Assembly: GCA_964465205.1 (NCBI GenBank)
Contig: CAYXJO010000004.1
Span: forward strand, 9,671 to 73,670
Source: an uncultured Gammaproteobacteria bacterium
Lineage (GTDB): Bacteria; Patescibacteriota; Patescibacteriia; Magasanikbacterales; GWA2-37-8
DNA: 64,000 bases
Direction of reading: 5' to 3'
The translations under genes were made by a program, and so were the position numbers. Below the pieces are notes generated by a model. That model made no database searches. It worked only from the letters and a program-made list of their open reading frames with translations, and was not told where the DNA came from. Shown here in pieces: positions 1-9,667 of this stretch (the first letter of the stretch is position 1; each line of letters starts with the position of its first letter).

Positions 1-2928
1 ACCGATCTACTACCACCCGAGACTGTGCGTTTTATGCAAGAAACATTTACCGGTTGGGAAAAAGCCGGATTGAGCGCAGAGGCAATTAAATCTTTTACCG
101 CCAATGGTTTGACTACAGAAGAAGTGGGGGAAATTAACAAAATTATCGCTGCGGCTGAAGGTAATTTGGGAGCGATGAAAGTGGTGAGTGAAACATTACA
201 ACACAATAATGGTGATATAAAATCGGTGGTAGATAATATGTTGGTGGGGACAGATAAGGGGCATAATAGCGTAACTGCACTGCTTGCCAAACAACTCGAG
301 ACAGATCCAGCCAAGTTTGGCTATCAGGGTGATCTGACCAATGCTAAAGCTGTGGATATTTGGGCCAAGGGTGTAGCGGCAAAAATTGCGGCGGAAAATG
401 GACTTATCGGAAAGGATGGAGCCTCTACCGGTATTGTTTATGATAAAAATCACGATAGTTTCGTGATGTTAACTCAAGATGGGCAAAATAAATTAGGGGT
501 GAAATTAGTGGGTAAAGAGGTTACTGTGGGTCCGAAGGTTGAAACTGTGGAATTACCCCAAGAGCCAGAGTTTAATATCGATATGAAAGGTAGCTCGTGG
601 GTGATGGAAGGTAAAAATTATGTGGTAACCTACGATATGGGCAATCATGGTCTACAAGCAGTATATGATAAGGATGGCGATCTGTCTGCGTTTAAGGTTG
701 GTGGGATCAAGATTACCACCGGGGAATTAGACTCTCTAAAAGAGGCAATAGCCAAAATACCAGCCGATCATAAAGGAAGTGGTACTTTTGCTAGTGCAGA
801 TAGCAAAGTGATGATAAATTTTTACGATAATGATAAAATGGGCAAGCCGTTTATTAGTTTAAAAGGCAGATCTATACCTTTGGAAGACGCTCAGAAGTTA
901 ATGGGAGAAATGGATTATATTAGTGAGGAAAATGACACATTTGATCCCAAGGCACAAGTGGGGATGTGGCACAATGTTGAAGTTAACAAAGGCATGCCAG
1001 CTACTGGTATGGCAGAATTTGATCCTACTTCAAAATTTACGGTAATGACCCGTGGCGTCGGTGGCACTCATGAAATGGTATATGTGAAAACTGGAGACGA
1101 GAATCATTATGGTAGTAATTTGATTTATAATAAAGATGGGGCACTAATTGGTTGGCAAGATAAAAATGATGGTGAAATGCATTTTTCGGATAATCCAGAT
1201 TCATTCAAAGGCATAGATGCATCTGATAAGAGTGTGGGTAAAATTAATACTGGTGCCGCGGTGGAGAAGAAAATTAATGCAGAACCAATTGCTGATACAA
1301 ATGAAAATGGGTCTGGCGGCGAGGAGGGCACAAATCAGGAAAATAATGTGAAACAAAGTAGTGAGGGTGTTAAGAATGAAGCAGAACCTATTAAACAAAA
1401 GCAGGAGGCCGATGTAAATGTTGCGGAAAATCAGACCGTTAAAATAGAAAATAACACCATGCTACACATAACTCCTGAGCAGAATGCAAAATTAGGATTG
1501 CTTTACCCAAAAGCAGAAAATATAAAAGTCAGCTCTTTAGTTAGCGAACATGATGGAGTGCGTCAAGTGAGATTTGTAGTGAATTATTCCGAAGATGGCA
1601 AATTTCGACCCGGAGTAATAAGTAAACCGTACAGTGGAGATATGAAAAAGGGATTTGATGATTTTTTGGATTCTAAAGGTGCTGGATCGGAAAAATTATC
1701 GGGAAGTGTAGCCGAGCGTCCCATCCCCAAGAGCCTAGATCATTTTATGACTAATAAAACAAGGGGCCATATTGATAAAGGTTTAATTGAGTTGTTGTAT
1801 CTAAGGAAAGAACTGGATCCGCAAAAACATTATAGCATAACCGAATTACCCCAACAGGACGGTGGTTTTAAAGTGATGATAGTTGACGATGAAGGTCGTC
1901 AGGTTTTTGCAGGTAAAGGCAAAAATCAAAGTGAGGTTATAATGGATATGTTGCATAGTCCTGTATCAGAAAACAATGTTGACGCGGCGCCTGTTCCCCT
2001 AACCAACGTTGATCATCATTTGGATAAGGGTTTTGAAATTCCAGATAGCGTACCCGACGATCAGATAGAATTTGTGCGAGCTCGGTATAATGAACATTTG
2101 GCAGCGATGAAAAATTTTGAGAATTTAAATTCCGATCAGGCTAACTTATATACTCCAGCCGCACTTCAGGAGTGGAGGGGTCATATGACTAGTGTTGTGC
2201 GCTTAGATTTGGAAATATTTAAGAAGATAGTGGCTCAAGGCGGTTCACATACAGCTGAGCGTTTAAAGATGCTCGAAAACGGAGGAGATGAATTAATCGA
2301 TAGTACTAAAGGAAGTTGGGATAATAGTATTAAATTGGGTAATCAGGATATTCATTTGCCCAAAAAATTGACTTTTTCTGAGCTTAGCCGCATTTTGAAC
2401 CAAGTTAGAGAGTTTGAGGTTAGGTATACTAGAAACACCATTGAAGACACAACTGATTCTATTGGTATTGCCAAACACAATATCTATAATGAGATTTGCG
2501 CGAAAATTGTTGCCAATGGAAAAACTGGTAATAAAATTTTTGAAGATTTGCTTGCTGTTAATAGTGGGGATGGTAAACTTGAGACAAAAATTCCAGGTGC
2601 ATTCTTGGACACAAAACTTAATGTAGGTGGTGTGGAGATAAAAATATCCACCAAAATGGATTTGGGGAAAGTAGGGAGTGTAATTTATAGCGCTGATTTG
2701 TTTTCTCATAAATCAGCGGAATTAGAGGAGTTAAGAATTGCCGCCAATTCCGGGGACGTTGCTAGTAGTGAAAAGTACAATTATTTGAAAGGAATTTTTG
2801 AAGAGAATCTGCAGTCATTTAAAAAAGCAGTTGAGGCTGGTAAGGGTGCGGAGTTTGAAAATAATAATGTACTAAACTATAGTTGGGGACCTAGTGTGTC
2901 AATAGAGTCTTTAAAGCACATAAAATAG
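1..2928 (+). CDS. Giant hypothetical protein, 5'-truncated (frame open from base 1)
   Basis: Frame has no stop from base 1 (TDLLPPET-V...) to TAG at 2926-2928, giving at least 975 aa. Low-complexity E/N/Q linker; followed by a terminator. No recognisable catalytic motif. Confidence 0.85.
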   Translation, partial: TDLLPPETVRFMQETFTGWEKAGLSAEAIKSFTANGLTTEEVGEINKIIAAAEGNLGAMKVVSETLQHNNGDIKSVVDNMLVGTDKGHNSVTALLAKQLETDPAKFGYQGDLTNAKAVDIWAKGVAAKIAAENGLIGKDGASTGIVYDKNHDSFVMLTQDGQNKLGVKLVGKEVTVGPKVETVELPQEPEFNIDMKGSSWVMEGKNYVVTYDMGNHGLQAVYDKDGDLSAFKVGGIKITTGELDSLKEAIAKIPADHKGSGTFASADSKVMINFYDNDKMGKPFISLKGRSIPLEDAQKLMGEMDYISEENDTFDPKAQVGMWHNVEVNKGMPATGMAEFDPTSKFTVMTRGVGGTHEMVYVKTGDENHYGSNLIYNKDGALIGWQDKNDGEMHFSDNPDSFKGIDASDKSVGKINTGAAVEKKINAEPIADTNENGSGGEEGTNQENNVKQSSEGVKNEAEPIKQKQEADVNVAENQTVKIENNTMLHITPEQNAKLGLLYPKAENIKVSSLVSEHDGVRQVRFVVNYSEDGKFRPGVISKPYSGDMKKGFDDFLDSKGAGSEKLSGSVAERPIPKSLDHFMTNKTRGHIDKGLIELLYLRKELDPQKHYSITELPQQDGGFKVMIVDDEGRQVFAGKGKNQSEVIMDMLHSPVSENNVDAAPVPLTNVDHHLDKGFEIPDSVPDDQIEFVRARYNEHLAAMKNFENLNSDQANLYTPAALQEWRGHMTSVVRLDLEIFKKIVAQGGSHTAERLKMLENGGDELIDSTKGSWDNSIKLGNQDIHLPKKLTFSELSRILNQVREFEVRYTRNTIEDTTDSIGIAKHNIYNEICAKIVANGKTGNKIFEDLLAVNSGDGKLETKIPGAFLDTKLNVGGVEIKISTKMDLGKVGSVIYSADLFSHKSAELEELRIAANSGDVASSEKYNYLKGIFEENLQSFKKAVEAGKGAEFENNNVLNYSWGPSVSIESLKHIK

Positions 2929-2939
2929 TTGGTAAAATT

Positions 2940-2968
2940 AAAACACCCTCCGCTCGGAGGGTGTTTTT
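2940..2968. terminator. Bidirectional intrinsic terminator
   Basis: aaaacaccctcc-gctc-ggagggtgtttt between two convergent giant genes. Confidence 0.85.
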
Positions 2969-2986
2969 GTTTCGTGTATCAATATT

Positions 2987-5900
2987 CTATTTTCCACCAC
3001 CAGCTCGGACAACTTTTTTGGGAGCCGGAGCAGGGGTTGGTGCTGGTGCGGCTGTCTTCGCTTTTTGTTGTGAAGCAGGTTTGGTATCTGTTTTTGCATC
3101 CGGTTTGGCCACGGGTTTGGTGGTGGCTTTGGTAGCGGTCTTGGCTGTGGTCGCTTTCTTTTTTTCTGCCTGGGTTTCTTCCACAGTTAGTGCAGTTATC
3201 AAATCTTTTACAAAATTTCTTTTTTCGTCTACCAATTCATTAATCTCTTTAGCTTTAAATTTTGGGAACAGGCGAAAGATTATAGCTGCACTCATGGCAT
3301 CTTGTTCTGCGCCTGGAGTTGGTAATTTCTTTTCCGAATTTATCCACTCCACAATTTCGGCCACAAAATCCAACATAAAAGTTTTGTCCCATTTATCTTG
3401 GCTAATGCGATTTTCAATTATGGCGGATAATTTTTCGGCCATTTTTTCTTGGCCAGCCGGCGGTAAATTGGGGTGAGCCTCGGCTATGGCCTGCTGCATT
3501 TCTTTTTTAATCATTTTTTTGTCAGCCGGCAATAATTCCAAAGCCATGGCTGCTGCTAATTCTGGCGGCGGCGGGGGAGCATTTGGTGCTTCTGCGGCTG
3601 CGCCACCAGTATTTGGTGGATTGTGAGAAGGAATTTCTACTGCCGCTCCGGATTTGTCTGGTGGCGGGGGAGGATTGCCGGGAGAACCCTCGGGATTTGA
3701 CCCGGTCGGTTTTTTTTGCCCATCTTCTTCTTTTTTCATTTTATCTCCAGCTCCTGGTGGAGGAGTTTCGCCCTTGGGTGACTTTGGTGGTTTGTCACCA
3801 GATTTTTTGTCGTCTTTCTTTTTGTCTGGGTATTGTCCTGGTTCCAAAGGTTTGCGATCATTCATTGGCAATGGTATGAACCAAGGATTGTTTTCTGGTG
3901 GCGCGATAGAAATTTCGTCAACACCAATTTCGCGTGGGCGAAATACATAGTCGGTTATTTCTTTGGTTGCATTTGGCACTTCGCCACCTTTGCCTACCAT
4001 GGTAGCGAGTACATGAGCCTTGCCGTCCGAAGAAGAATTATAGACAATTTCCCAAGTCCAGCGAGCAGAACCGTCTTTGTTCATAAGAGTTTGACCCAAT
4101 GTGCCGGCTTTGTCTATAGCCAATTCACCGTTGGTCATCGGCACATCAAAACCATTGCCCGCATTAAAGTCGCCAGTAGTGGGGTCGTAAAAACGAATGT
4201 GGAAATTGCTGAAATCACCCTTGGCCAAATCCGCTTTCATGACATTGTACATGGTATCAATAGTGCCGTCGTAGTTTACTTTGCCATCACGCAACATATC
4301 GTTGATGCCTTTTTTGAAGCTGAATGTCCAATCTTTGCCACTGTCATTTAGCATGCCGCGCAATTCTTTGCCGTCGTGAATGTGACCGGAAGTTTTGAGT
4401 ACGGTACCAACATCGCGGTTTTCGTATTCGCAATGTATATGGCCGCTATTATCAGAGATATGTTCATGGCGATATACGTGGTGTAATGGTTCAATACGAT
4501 CCGGCACTTGATCAGGGCGTAGTTCACCTTTCATTACACTATCATGCAATCGCTCTCCTAATTTCAGTGCTTCGCCTGTTGTTCTGGGCGACAAATCCAT
4601 GTCATAATGATGCCCTGGCCCCATGGTATCGTGACTGGTAAGTTTGCCAGACCACGGATCCATGTTGTTGTGCCAAATACGCGGCGCGTTATTCATTTGG
4701 CCGCCTAATTTTTGTAATTCCGCGATTACAGCATCGTGGCCTTTGACAGTAATAGTGTGAGAAGTCATCCCCACATCCCAGCCAGCTTTGTCCATGAGTT
4801 GTATAGAATTCGGATTAATGGTAGCACCATCAGGATTGAGTTGAAAATTGCCCACGGTTTTATTATTTTCGTCGGTAATTAGCATTTCAAATCCGTTAGT
4901 CGGGGATTTGGGCGCAACATGCCAGCCGTGGGGAAGAGTGAATTTGGTATTGAGACCAGGCACTTGTACAGTATCTGGGGCCATGGCCGGACTAGCGACA
5001 TGTTCACCGGTTACTTCGGAGTGTAGATGATTACTTTCGAAAATTTTGAACCCTTTGTCACGCAATGCATCCAAGGTTTGTTGAGGCAAACCACCTTGGG
5101 GATCGGGTTTAATATGGTCCAAAATCACATTACCTTTTACATCCGCGAGTATATAAGTTCCAGTGGCTTTGTCTAGTCCTATTTTCAAGCTACTATCCAA
5201 CGCCATTTCAGTGTTGTTGGAAAGCAATACCCCCGGAGCGAAATTGGGTGGATAGCCAGCACCATCGGTTTTGAAATATTCGGTCATTTTGCCAATCCAA
5301 CTGTGATCGAAACTGTCGCGCATGGTGGTTACCGCACATTCGGCTACTGCACCAGCCGCGAAGCCTACTACCGCCCCCATTGCACCCGCTTTGACCATTT
5401 CTAAGCGTCGCCAGTTTTTGAAACGTGCATCAGTGTTTTCGATTTGAGTAGAAATATCGTCTATGGCTTTTTGGGTTTCGGCATGTAATACGTCAGGATT
5501 AATACCGTGTTGTTGTTCTATGCGTTTGAGTAGGATTTTAATTTGATTGATAGAAGCAATACGAGTATTTAGATTTTTGCCTTCTTCACGCGCGGCCGAG
5601 AATAAATCCACTTGCTTTTCAGATTCCACTGCCAAGGCGGCAAAAATTCTAGCTACATAAGCACGTTCTTCGGAATTAACTTGCCCAGCCGGCTGGCGTG
5701 ATAAATTATCCAAAAATGCCACCACTTCTTCGGTGTGTAGTTTGAGATAATCAAACTTGCGCATTTCTTTGGCTCGATCACCAACAGCTTCTTGACCCAG
5801 CGCCGAACGACGCATTTCCATGCCACGATCATATTCCACATCGCGTCCACGACGCAAAGCTCCCATTACACCACCCATTATTGAACCTACCACTGGTGCG

Positions 5901-8824
5901 GCTAGTAGTGCGCGCATCGACATGCTGGCAGCGCCTTTGGTTATGGCAGTGGCAGTGGCCGCCGCTCCGGCAGCCGCAAAGGTGATTGGGGAAGATAATA
6001 CTTTGCCCAGCACTGGTACACTTTGGGCTTTGTCCACCAATTTGGTAAACCAAGAACTTACAAACCGCGGTTTGGTTTCACGAATGTCGCGTTCTTTGAG
6101 GCCAAGTTGTATTTCCAAATTCATGATACCTTTCAAGTGGCCAAGAATAATTTCGCGATTTTCCGGTCCGTATTTTTTTTCCATTTCTTTGGTAGCATCC
6201 TCGACGTACTTTTTGTAACTTTCGGCCAATTGATAAAAATTATGTGCAAACAGCAAACCTTTGGCCTCTTCGTCGTTGGCATTGGTAAATTTGTAGCCTT
6301 TGCGTTTGATAATCGGCAATATTCTTTCTTCCACTGTGGCATCGAACAACTGGCGTGACATCAAATGCGCACCGCTAGCGTGATCGAAAATTAAATCAGC
6401 TAATTCAGCATTGACTTCGGCGTCGTTGATATATTCACCTTTTTCATTTTCTTCGGCCACTTCGGCGGCAAAGGTTTCTATGATATTATTCAGTACTTCA
6501 AAATGGCGAATTTCTTTGTCGCGGGTAATCGGTTTGCCTTCACTACGTGAAAGCAACGCCGCTTCGATTTCGGTCATGAGGTTTTTGTTTTTTTGGATTT
6601 CGTTTACTGATTCACGATAGAATTTATCCAAATATAATTTTTCACTCGGACGAATAAACATGGAGCTGCGCAATTGGCGCCCTACTTTTTTGGCGGTTTC
6701 CCATGGGTGGGTGACTGCCTCTTTGACACCATGGGCCAAACGACCAAAGAATCCGCGTTTGGGTTCTGGTGCCTGTGGTGGTTGAGCGTTGTTTGGATCA
6801 AGTCCGCGCATGTAGGCGTTGAGTTTTTCTTCGGCCTGCGACCAAGCCAAACGTTCTACTACTTTGGATACGTCGATAAGATACGCTCTGTTCGGCGGGC
6901 GAATTGGCTCTGGCTCTGGTATGCGGATCGGCTCTGGTTTGGGTTCTGGTGTTTCTGGTTTCGGTTCTTTTACTTTGTCATCATCTTCCGGCGGATTTTC
7001 CATAAAATTCAAATTTTCCGGTAAGACCGCCGTACTAATATTATCTTGTTCATCTTTGCCGAGTTTGCCATCTTCGCCTGGTTCATCTACACCCGGAACA
7101 CCTTTCTTTTTCTTGGGCAAAATTAATTCACGGCGTTTTTTGAGAGCACGTTCGGCCAGCAGCCAATTTTTCTCATCGTCACCGGTTTTGCGATGATCTT
7201 TGTGCACCAAGTATGCTTCGCGGCGTTTGCGCCACTCATCCCATTTATCGGTGGGTTCACTCGCGTTGGCATCAATTAATTTTATTACACTATCGATTTC
7301 TTTGGTGGCAGATTTGGTTTCGTCTTCAATTTTCGCGTCTAAATCCGCACTGTCCGCACCGGTGTCGGCTTTCATCTTGTCGAATTTTTGTTTGAGTTCA
7401 TCCACGGTTTGCTGGCGAATTTCTCTCAACGCTTCCAATAGATCGTCTACCGGAATACCTTCACGTCGGCAATTTTCGGAACCTTTGGATTCGCACACTT
7501 CGAATTTACCGTCATCAGTCTCGTCGCTTTCCAAATTTTCTTTGGCATCTTTCACAGCGGCTATTATCCACTTCAATCGTTCGGCGCCATCTGCTTTTTT
7601 ACCCATTTTATCCAAAGATTTTTTCAAAATACCCACCGCTTTGTCCACGGCTTGGAGTAATGATTCGCGCTCTGGCCCCTGCTCTTTGGCTTCGGCTTTG
7701 GCAGTTGGTTTGGCCTCTGGTTGAGGCATGTTTTCCGCCGCGTCATCTTGGGCGCTGGCATCCACCTTTTTTTTGTATTCGGCAATCATAGGTATTTTAC
7801 TTAAATATTTTTTATACATGTCAATATAATGGCCGCTCTTATCATCCGTGTTGCCATATCCACCAGCTTGGCTATCGTATTCGTAAGCCGGAGTGGTGAG
7901 ATCTTCCGCGCGAATCCAGTTTTCTTTGACGCCGTGCGAAGTCATCTTGGCTGCGTTGGATTCAATGCCGCCGATCCAGGCGCGCCCTTTTTTGTCGCGA
8001 CAAAAGACGTATGTTAAATTGTTATTTTTGGAAGGATAACATTCAAAGGTGATGGGCCCATACATTACCGATCCACCTTGCCAACTGTCGATCATTTTGC
8101 CAAAATCCGGTTCGTTGTTTTTGTCGTCGAAACCAATTTCACCTGGTGGTAATTTTTTCCCGTGGTTAGCCTTGGTCTCTTCGGGTGTGGCGGATTTGAC
8201 TTTAAAATTCCCGGGCAGATCTACAGGTTGAGAACTAACGTCGATTAGAAAAGAATGTCCTTTTTTGACAGCGTCATTATAGCGGGTGTCCAAATTGGCC
8301 GCTGTACCCATGAATACAAATTCAGCGTCGGGAATCGGTTTGATATTTTTATCATCCAAAGTCATTTCGGATAAAGCTTTTTGCATGGCGGCCGGCAACA
8401 TGATGGATTCTTCGCCGTATTCTTTGGAATACCAACCGGTGGCATAAGAGGCGAGTAGCCGCCACACGCCCTGAGAATTACTGCGCCAAAAAGAACGTGG
8501 CACCAAAGATCCACCTCGTTCGATAAATCCGGTTACCGCCGCGCGTCCACTACCGATATCGTATGGATGCGAAGATAGCCAGATATTTTGTCCACCCATT
8601 TCAATTTTATATTGGGGGAGGACGCCGTTTTTTTTGAAATCTTCCGGGGAAAGCATTTTGCCGTTATACTCGCTGGCACTGCCGGACAAGATAACTTTGT
8701 CCAGAAGTTTTTCGGCTTCGGTGTCGGGAACTTTTTCAATTTTAATTTTAAAACCAACTTGCGTAGGATTTTTCGCCTGATCTGGTGTTGAACGTTTAGT
8801 TTCGGCGTGGTTTTGTCCCGACAT
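2987..8824 (-). CDS. 1945-aa multidomain hypothetical protein (DUF2934-like motif, Gly/Ala-rich hydrophobic helices, Pro-rich and K/A/T-rich C-terminus)
   Basis: Long ORF with no signal peptide. RREAYLVH...GDDEKNWLLAERAL resembles DUF2934. Two small-residue hydrophobic segments. Confidence 0.85.
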   Translation of the reverse strand: MSGQNHAETKRSTPDQAKNPTQVGFKIKIEKVPDTEAEKLLDKVILSGSASEYNGKMLSPEDFKKNGVLPQYKIEMGGQNIWLSSHPYDIGSGRAAVTGFIERGGSLVPRSFWRSNSQGVWRLLASYATGWYSKEYGEESIMLPAAMQKALSEMTLDDKNIKPIPDAEFVFMGTAANLDTRYNDAVKKGHSFLIDVSSQPVDLPGNFKVKSATPEETKANHGKKLPPGEIGFDDKNNEPDFGKMIDSWQGGSVMYGPITFECYPSKNNNLTYVFCRDKKGRAWIGGIESNAAKMTSHGVKENWIRAEDLTTPAYEYDSQAGGYGNTDDKSGHYIDMYKKYLSKIPMIAEYKKKVDASAQDDAAENMPQPEAKPTAKAEAKEQGPERESLLQAVDKAVGILKKSLDKMGKKADGAERLKWIIAAVKDAKENLESDETDDGKFEVCESKGSENCRREGIPVDDLLEALREIRQQTVDELKQKFDKMKADTGADSADLDAKIEDETKSATKEIDSVIKLIDANASEPTDKWDEWRKRREAYLVHKDHRKTGDDEKNWLLAERALKKRRELILPKKKKGVPGVDEPGEDGKLGKDEQDNISTAVLPENLNFMENPPEDDDKVKEPKPETPEPKPEPIRIPEPEPIRPPNRAYLIDVSKVVERLAWSQAEEKLNAYMRGLDPNNAQPPQAPEPKRGFFGRLAHGVKEAVTHPWETAKKVGRQLRSSMFIRPSEKLYLDKFYRESVNEIQKNKNLMTEIEAALLSRSEGKPITRDKEIRHFEVLNNIIETFAAEVAEENEKGEYINDAEVNAELADLIFDHASGAHLMSRQLFDATVEERILPIIKRKGYKFTNANDEEAKGLLFAHNFYQLAESYKKYVEDATKEMEKKYGPENREIILGHLKGIMNLEIQLGLKERDIRETKPRFVSSWFTKLVDKAQSVPVLGKVLSSPITFAAAGAAATATAITKGAASMSMRALLAAPVVGSIMGGVMGALRRGRDVEYDRGMEMRRSALGQEAVGDRAKEMRKFDYLKLHTEEVVAFLDNLSRQPAGQVNSEERAYVARIFAALAVESEKQVDLFSAAREEGKNLNTRIASINQIKILLKRIEQQHGINPDVLHAETQKAIDDISTQIENTDARFKNWRRLEMVKAGAMGAVVGFAAGAVAECAVTTMRDSFDHSWIGKMTEYFKTDGAGYPPNFAPGVLLSNNTEMALDSSLKIGLDKATGTYILADVKGNVILDHIKPDPQGGLPQQTLDALRDKGFKIFESNHLHSEVTGEHVASPAMAPDTVQVPGLNTKFTLPHGWHVAPKSPTNGFEMLITDENNKTVGNFQLNPDGATINPNSIQLMDKAGWDVGMTSHTITVKGHDAVIAELQKLGGQMNNAPRIWHNNMDPWSGKLTSHDTMGPGHHYDMDLSPRTTGEALKLGERLHDSVMKGELRPDQVPDRIEPLHHVYRHEHISDNSGHIHCEYENRDVGTVLKTSGHIHDGKELRGMLNDSGKDWTFSFKKGINDMLRDGKVNYDGTIDTMYNVMKADLAKGDFSNFHIRFYDPTTGDFNAGNGFDVPMTNGELAIDKAGTLGQTLMNKDGSARWTWEIVYNSSSDGKAHVLATMVGKGGEVPNATKEITDYVFRPREIGVDEISIAPPENNPWFIPLPMNDRKPLEPGQYPDKKKDDKKSGDKPPKSPKGETPPPGAGDKMKKEEDGQKKPTGSNPEGSPGNPPPPPDKSGAAVEIPSHNPPNTGGAAAEAPNAPPPPPELAAAMALELLPADKKMIKKEMQQAIAEAHPNLPPAGQEKMAEKLSAIIENRISQDKWDKTFMLDFVAEIVEWINSEKKLPTPGAEQDAMSAAIIFRLFPKFKAKEINELVDEKRNFVKDLITALTVEETQAEKKKATTAKTATKATTKPVAKPDAKTDTKPASQQKAKTAAPAPTPAPAPKKVVRAGGGK

Positions 8825-8849
8825 ATTTTGTAATTAATTATTTACAAAA

Positions 8850-9182
8850 TTATTCTTTTTTGGCACCGCCTACATATATAGAGCGGAACTCCATCATGGC
8901 GCGAGCGGTGACTTCGGGTAAATTGGGTATGTTAGCGATAAAAAAGTTGTGAACTGCTTCTTGGCCCGGGTTGGACTGCATGAGGGCGTCGAATAGCTCG
9001 GCGCTGTCATTGGGCAGGGCCTGGAGCAGGGAAGTCATAATATGATTCTGCATGCGACCGTATAAATCTTGCTTCATGGCGGCTTTGAGGTCGGCATTTA
9101 CCTCGGCACCGTGGGCTTCTTCGATTATTTTGTTCAAAAACAGATCGATTTCGGCGGGCATTTCCGGGGCTGAGTTGGGCAT
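8850..9182 (-). CDS. Small helical CPR protein, DUF5663-like
   Basis: 110 aa; the pattern F..L........V..F....IPNL.EV....M.EFR..Y matches my recollection of DUF5663. Apparently co-transcribed with the giant gene. Confidence 0.7.
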   Translation of the reverse strand: MPNSAPEMPAEIDLFLNKIIEEAHGAEVNADLKAAMKQDLYGRMQNHIMTSLLQALPNDSAELFDALMQSNPGQEAVHNFFIANIPNLPEVTARAMMEFRSIYVGGAKKE

Positions 9183-9325
9183 ATTATATATATAATGTAT
9201 AAAGCCAGCGTGGGCTGGTCCGCCGGGTGGCGGATTGTTTATACTTTATCGTATCACAAAATCCGCTTTTTTTCAAATTTGGCATAAAATGAATTTTGGC
9301 TAATATTAGCTAAATACGGCGGGGA

Positions 9326-9379
9326 TGTGGATAACTTTATGTTCACCCCCTTGACAAAAGTCCAAAATCGTGATATAGT
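9326..9379 (+). promoter_or_regulatory. Sigma70 promoter (TTGACA-17-TATAGT, extended -10) with an upstream DnaA-box match
   Basis: TTGACA 9351-9356; TGA-TATAGT with -10 at 9374-9379; TGTGGATAA 9326-9334 is the reverse complement of TTATCCACA. Confidence 0.75.
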
Positions 9380-9513
9380 ATTCTGTTATGAAATAATCGA
9401 GCAGCTTTTGAGAGAGGAGCAGCCCGATTGTGTCACTGAATACCCTCTCGCCCAAAGAGGTTTTTTGTTAAGTAATGGTTTACCTATCAGTTCGTTACAA
9501 TCTAGTAGTGAAG

Positions 9514-9569
9514 ACTCTGGCACAAAGTTGTATATATCATATATATGGTAATCAGCTTTGTGCTAGAGT
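9514..9569 (+). repeat. Conserved leader hairpin H1 (ggYacaaag family)
   Basis: actctggcacaaagttg pairs with cagctttgtgctagagt via two G-U pairs; related to the hairpins at 10670 and 11545. Confidence 0.75.
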
Positions 9570-9667
9570 GTAGAATGTCCAGTGCGCGGAATAATCCGTA
9601 GCGCTTGGCAAAGATGTCCCCAAGGCGTGCCGCACAGCGGCCCAATTGAACCAAAAAGGAGCCTACC

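Noticed and set aside
2961-8791. Plus-strand ORFs overlapping the 1945-aa gene
   Set aside because: Antisense shadows of low-complexity Pro/Ala/Lys-rich coding sequence.
9204-9236. Twin mini-palindromes ccagc-gtgg-gctgg and tccgcc-gggt-ggcgga
   Set aside because: Too short, and no second copy recognised in the window, so no function can be supported.
9326-9334. Replication origin
   Set aside because: Only one DnaA box seen; no box cluster and no dnaA or dnaN nearby.
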